Source: Anaerolineales bacterium
GTDB taxonomy: Bacteria; Chloroflexota; Anaerolineae; Anaerolineales; Villigracilaceae
Direction of reading: 5' to 3'
Assembly: GCA_034436515.1 (NCBI GenBank)
Contig: DAOTVL010000005.1
Location: 18,500-82,499, forward strand
Length of the DNA: 64,000 nt
Program-made: the position numbers and the translations under genes
The notes under the pieces: generated by a model
What the model was told of the DNA's origin: nothing
The model's database searches: none
What the model saw: only the letters and a program-made list of their open reading frames with translations
Part shown: in pieces, positions 61,983 to 64,000 of the stretch
Layout of the letters: each line of letters opens with the position of its first letter
How positions within the stretch are numbered: position 1 is the first letter of the stretch

Positions 61983-63713
61983 TCACTTCTTCTTCGTTAT
62001 CTGCCTTGCGGACTGCATTAACTCGTGCGCGGAACGCAGCGTGCCTTCTCCGACTTCGCCCAGCATTTGCGAAAGTTCGAGCAAGCGCTGTTCGCCGTCC
62101 AATTTCTCGACGCGGGTGAGCGTGCGTCCGTCTTTGACAAGTTTTAGCGCCTGATAATGCTGGTCGCCGAAGACCGCCAGTTGGGGCAGATGGGTCACGC
62201 AAAAGACTTGATGCGTGCGCGAAAGATTCCAAAGTTTTTGTCCCACCACCATACCCACGCGCCCGCCAATGCCCTGGTCAATTTCGTCGAAAATGAGCGA
62301 GGGGATTTCGTCGGCGCGGGCAAGGACGTTTTTCAAGCCGAGCATGAGGCGCGAAGTTTCGCCGCCGGAGGCGATTTTTGCCAGCGGCTTAAGCCCCTCG
62401 CCGGGATTGGGGGCAATCATAAATTCGACGCGGTCAAAGCCATTTTGGTCGAAGGCTGCCCGCGACCCGTCTGGCAGGGGAACGCCGTTGGGGTCCGGCT
62501 TGGTCTGAAAATCCACGCCAAAGCGGGCGGATTGCATTCTCAGGTCGTGGAGTTCGGCTTCGATGCCTTTGCTCATTTCCAGCGCGGCGGACTTGCGCTT
62601 TTCAGAAAGCGCCCCGCCTTGTTTGGCGAGTTTCTCCAGTAATTTGGCTTCTTGTAGTTCGAGCTCGTTAATGCGCTCCGCCGCTCCCGTAATGTTTTCG
62701 AGCTGTTTGCGGGCTTCTACGCCGTAGGCGATGACGGCGGGAATGCTGCCGCCATACTTGCGCGTGAGCGAGTGAATGAGGTCAAGCCGCTCCTCCACAT
62801 CTTCGAGCCGCTTGGGGTTGAACTCAATTTCTTCGAGGTAATCGCGCAGGCTGTGAGTCACGTCCGAAATGGTATCGAGCAGAAGTTCCGCTTGATTTGC
62901 CAGTTCGGACTGCGCCGCGTCAATCCTGGCGAGCGCGCCCAATGCCTGCGCGGCTTGACCAATCAGGTCGGTGGCGGCGGGGGTTTCCGGCGTGCCTTCG
63001 TCCAGGACTGCCAGCGCCTCCTGCGCGTTTTGCGCGAGGGCTTCGGCGTTGGCGAGGCGGTCGCGTTCCTTGCGGAGCTCTTCGTCTTCGCCGGGTTTCA
63101 GCCGCGCGGCTTCGATTTCGTCGGCTTGATAGGCGAGCATCTCGATGCGACGCTCCGAGTCGGCTTGGGCTTTGCGAAGGTCTGTCAATTCGCGGCGCAG
63201 GTTGAGCAGGGCGTGATAGGTTTGACGGTATTCGCTGAGGATTTTCCCCGTTTCGGCGTAGCGGTCGAGCAGACCGAGGTGAGCGCGGGGGTCGAGCAGC
63301 GAAAGATGTTCCGCCTGCCCATGAATGTCAATTAACAACGCGCCCAATTCCTTTAACAATCCCACGTTGACCGTGCGCCCGTTGACGCGCGCCACGCTGC
63401 GTCCTTCCTTGCGGATTTCGCGCATGAGGGTGACGTAGTTTGGGTCGTCCATCAACTCCTCGCGGTTGAGGATGAAATGCACGGCTTCGCGTTCCGAGCC
63501 TGTGAGGTGAAAAACGGCTTCGACGAAGGCGGCGTCGGCGTCGGCGCGGATGAATGTAGTGTCCACCTTGCCGCCGATGAGCATGACTACCGCGTCGAGA
63601 ATGATGGATTTGCCCGCGCCGGTTTCGCCGGTCAGGATAATAAGCCCCGAATCGAAACGCAGGTCGAGTTTGTCAATGATGGCGAAGTTTTGGATGTGAA
63701 GTTCGGTAAGCAT
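61983..63713 (-). CDS. recN: DNA repair protein RecN
   Basis: N-terminus is MLTELHIQNFAIIDKLDLRFDSGLIILTGETGAGKSI, followed by a long coiled coil. The C-terminal SMC signature is ASGGETSRLMLGLK...IFDEID. Confidence 0.9.
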   Translation of the reverse strand: MLTELHIQNFAIIDKLDLRFDSGLIILTGETGAGKSIILDAVVMLIGGKVDTTFIRADADAAFVEAVFHLTGSEREAVHFILNREELMDDPNYVTLMREIRKEGRSVARVNGRTVNVGLLKELGALLIDIHGQAEHLSLLDPRAHLGLLDRYAETGKILSEYRQTYHALLNLRRELTDLRKAQADSERRIEMLAYQADEIEAARLKPGEDEELRKERDRLANAEALAQNAQEALAVLDEGTPETPAATDLIGQAAQALGALARIDAAQSELANQAELLLDTISDVTHSLRDYLEEIEFNPKRLEDVEERLDLIHSLTRKYGGSIPAVIAYGVEARKQLENITGAAERINELELQEAKLLEKLAKQGGALSEKRKSAALEMSKGIEAELHDLRMQSARFGVDFQTKPDPNGVPLPDGSRAAFDQNGFDRVEFMIAPNPGEGLKPLAKIASGGETSRLMLGLKNVLARADEIPSLIFDEIDQGIGGRVGMVVGQKLWNLSRTHQVFCVTHLPQLAVFGDQHYQALKLVKDGRTLTRVEKLDGEQRLLELSQMLGEVGEGTLRSAHELMQSARQITKKK

Positions 63714-63716
63714 AAG

Positions 63717-64000
63717 TTATCGAAATAATTGAATTCCAGACAGGCGGGTGTAGACGAGCGGCGCGGCAATGACGAGATAGATGACTTGAAAGAGAACGCC
63801 AAAGAGGTCAAAGGCGAGCATTAGAAACAAGGCGATGGGCAGCGCGCCGGCGACCACGCCAGCGGCGGCGGCGATAAACAAATTCCGGGACCGGCGGCGG
63901 CGCGTGACAGCGCGCACGCTTTCGGCGATGACTGCGCCGGCGGCGGGCGCGCCTGCCGCAATTAAAAACCAGCCGAAGAAGCCGATTCCGCCAATCAGCG
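63717..64000 (-). CDS. Hypothetical membrane protein (3' part; 5' end beyond window)
   Basis: The minus-strand frame stays open from the window edge to the stop at 63717-63719. It has hydrophobic helices and an RRRRSR loop. It ends 3 nt before the recN start. Confidence 0.5.
   Translation of the reverse strand, partial: LIGGIGFFGWFLIAAGAPAAGAVIAESVRAVTRRRRSRNLFIAAAAGVVAGALPIALFLMLAFDLFGVLFQVIYLVIAAPLVYTRLSGIQLFR

Noticed and set aside
1-64000. Selenoprotein gene (in-frame TGA) prompted by the tRNA-Sec
   Set aside because: I found no pair of same-frame adjacent ORFs split by a single TGA with a following hairpin, and none of the gene families present are usual selenoproteins. This was not an exhaustive search and needs a SECIS or selenoprotein search tool.

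Overview
High-GC, densely coding chromosomal segment with about 53 protein genes and 2 tRNA genes. Gene content suggests a Chloroflexota/Anaerolineae-like organism: a DUF2298 'YYY' membrane protein, BMP lipoproteins and many Cys-lipobox exported proteins. That taxonomy is inference only.

Most of the window is ordinary core and transport biology:
- MFS transporters, two paralogous BMP binding proteins, rlmB, a GH1 beta-glucosidase with a convergent sugar-binding protein, and an M50 site-2 protease.
- A zur-znuA-znuC-[insert]-znuB zinc-uptake operon and two tandem M1-type zinc peptidase-like lipoproteins.
- A dihydropyrimidinase, two large sensor histidine kinases without adjacent response regulators, and a Na+-translocating acyl-CoA (methylmalonyl-CoA type) decarboxylase operon.
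- A TetR-controlled ABC-2/HlyD exporter, cmk, an APC permease plus two TrkA genes, and a LysE exporter.
- A Liv-type branched-chain amino-acid ABC transporter, thrB and recN.

I saw no CRISPR array, rRNA, transposase, integrase or recognisable defence system, and no complete novel multi-gene system that I can defend.

Things worth a second look:
1. A clean tRNA-Sec (selC) at 9308-9401.
2. A four-helix-bundle ('23S rRNA IVS protein'/Avd-like) gene between znuC and znuB, bracketed by heptamer-built inverted arms. It looks like an rRNA-type intervening sequence sitting in an mRNA operon.
3. A family of roughly 90-nt compound palindromic elements placed just 3' of stop codons (12060-12152 and 36161-36245).
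4. An unusual EF-hand + NicO metal permease + six-bladed PD40 propeller fusion directly upstream of the Zur operon.
5. An internally duplicated decaheme c-type cytochrome lipoprotein.
6. A GT-C-like membrane protein translationally coupled to a subtilase with a polytopic membrane N-domain.
7. A consensus promoter firing directly into a 16-bp hairpin, with no gene, beside tRNA-Arg.
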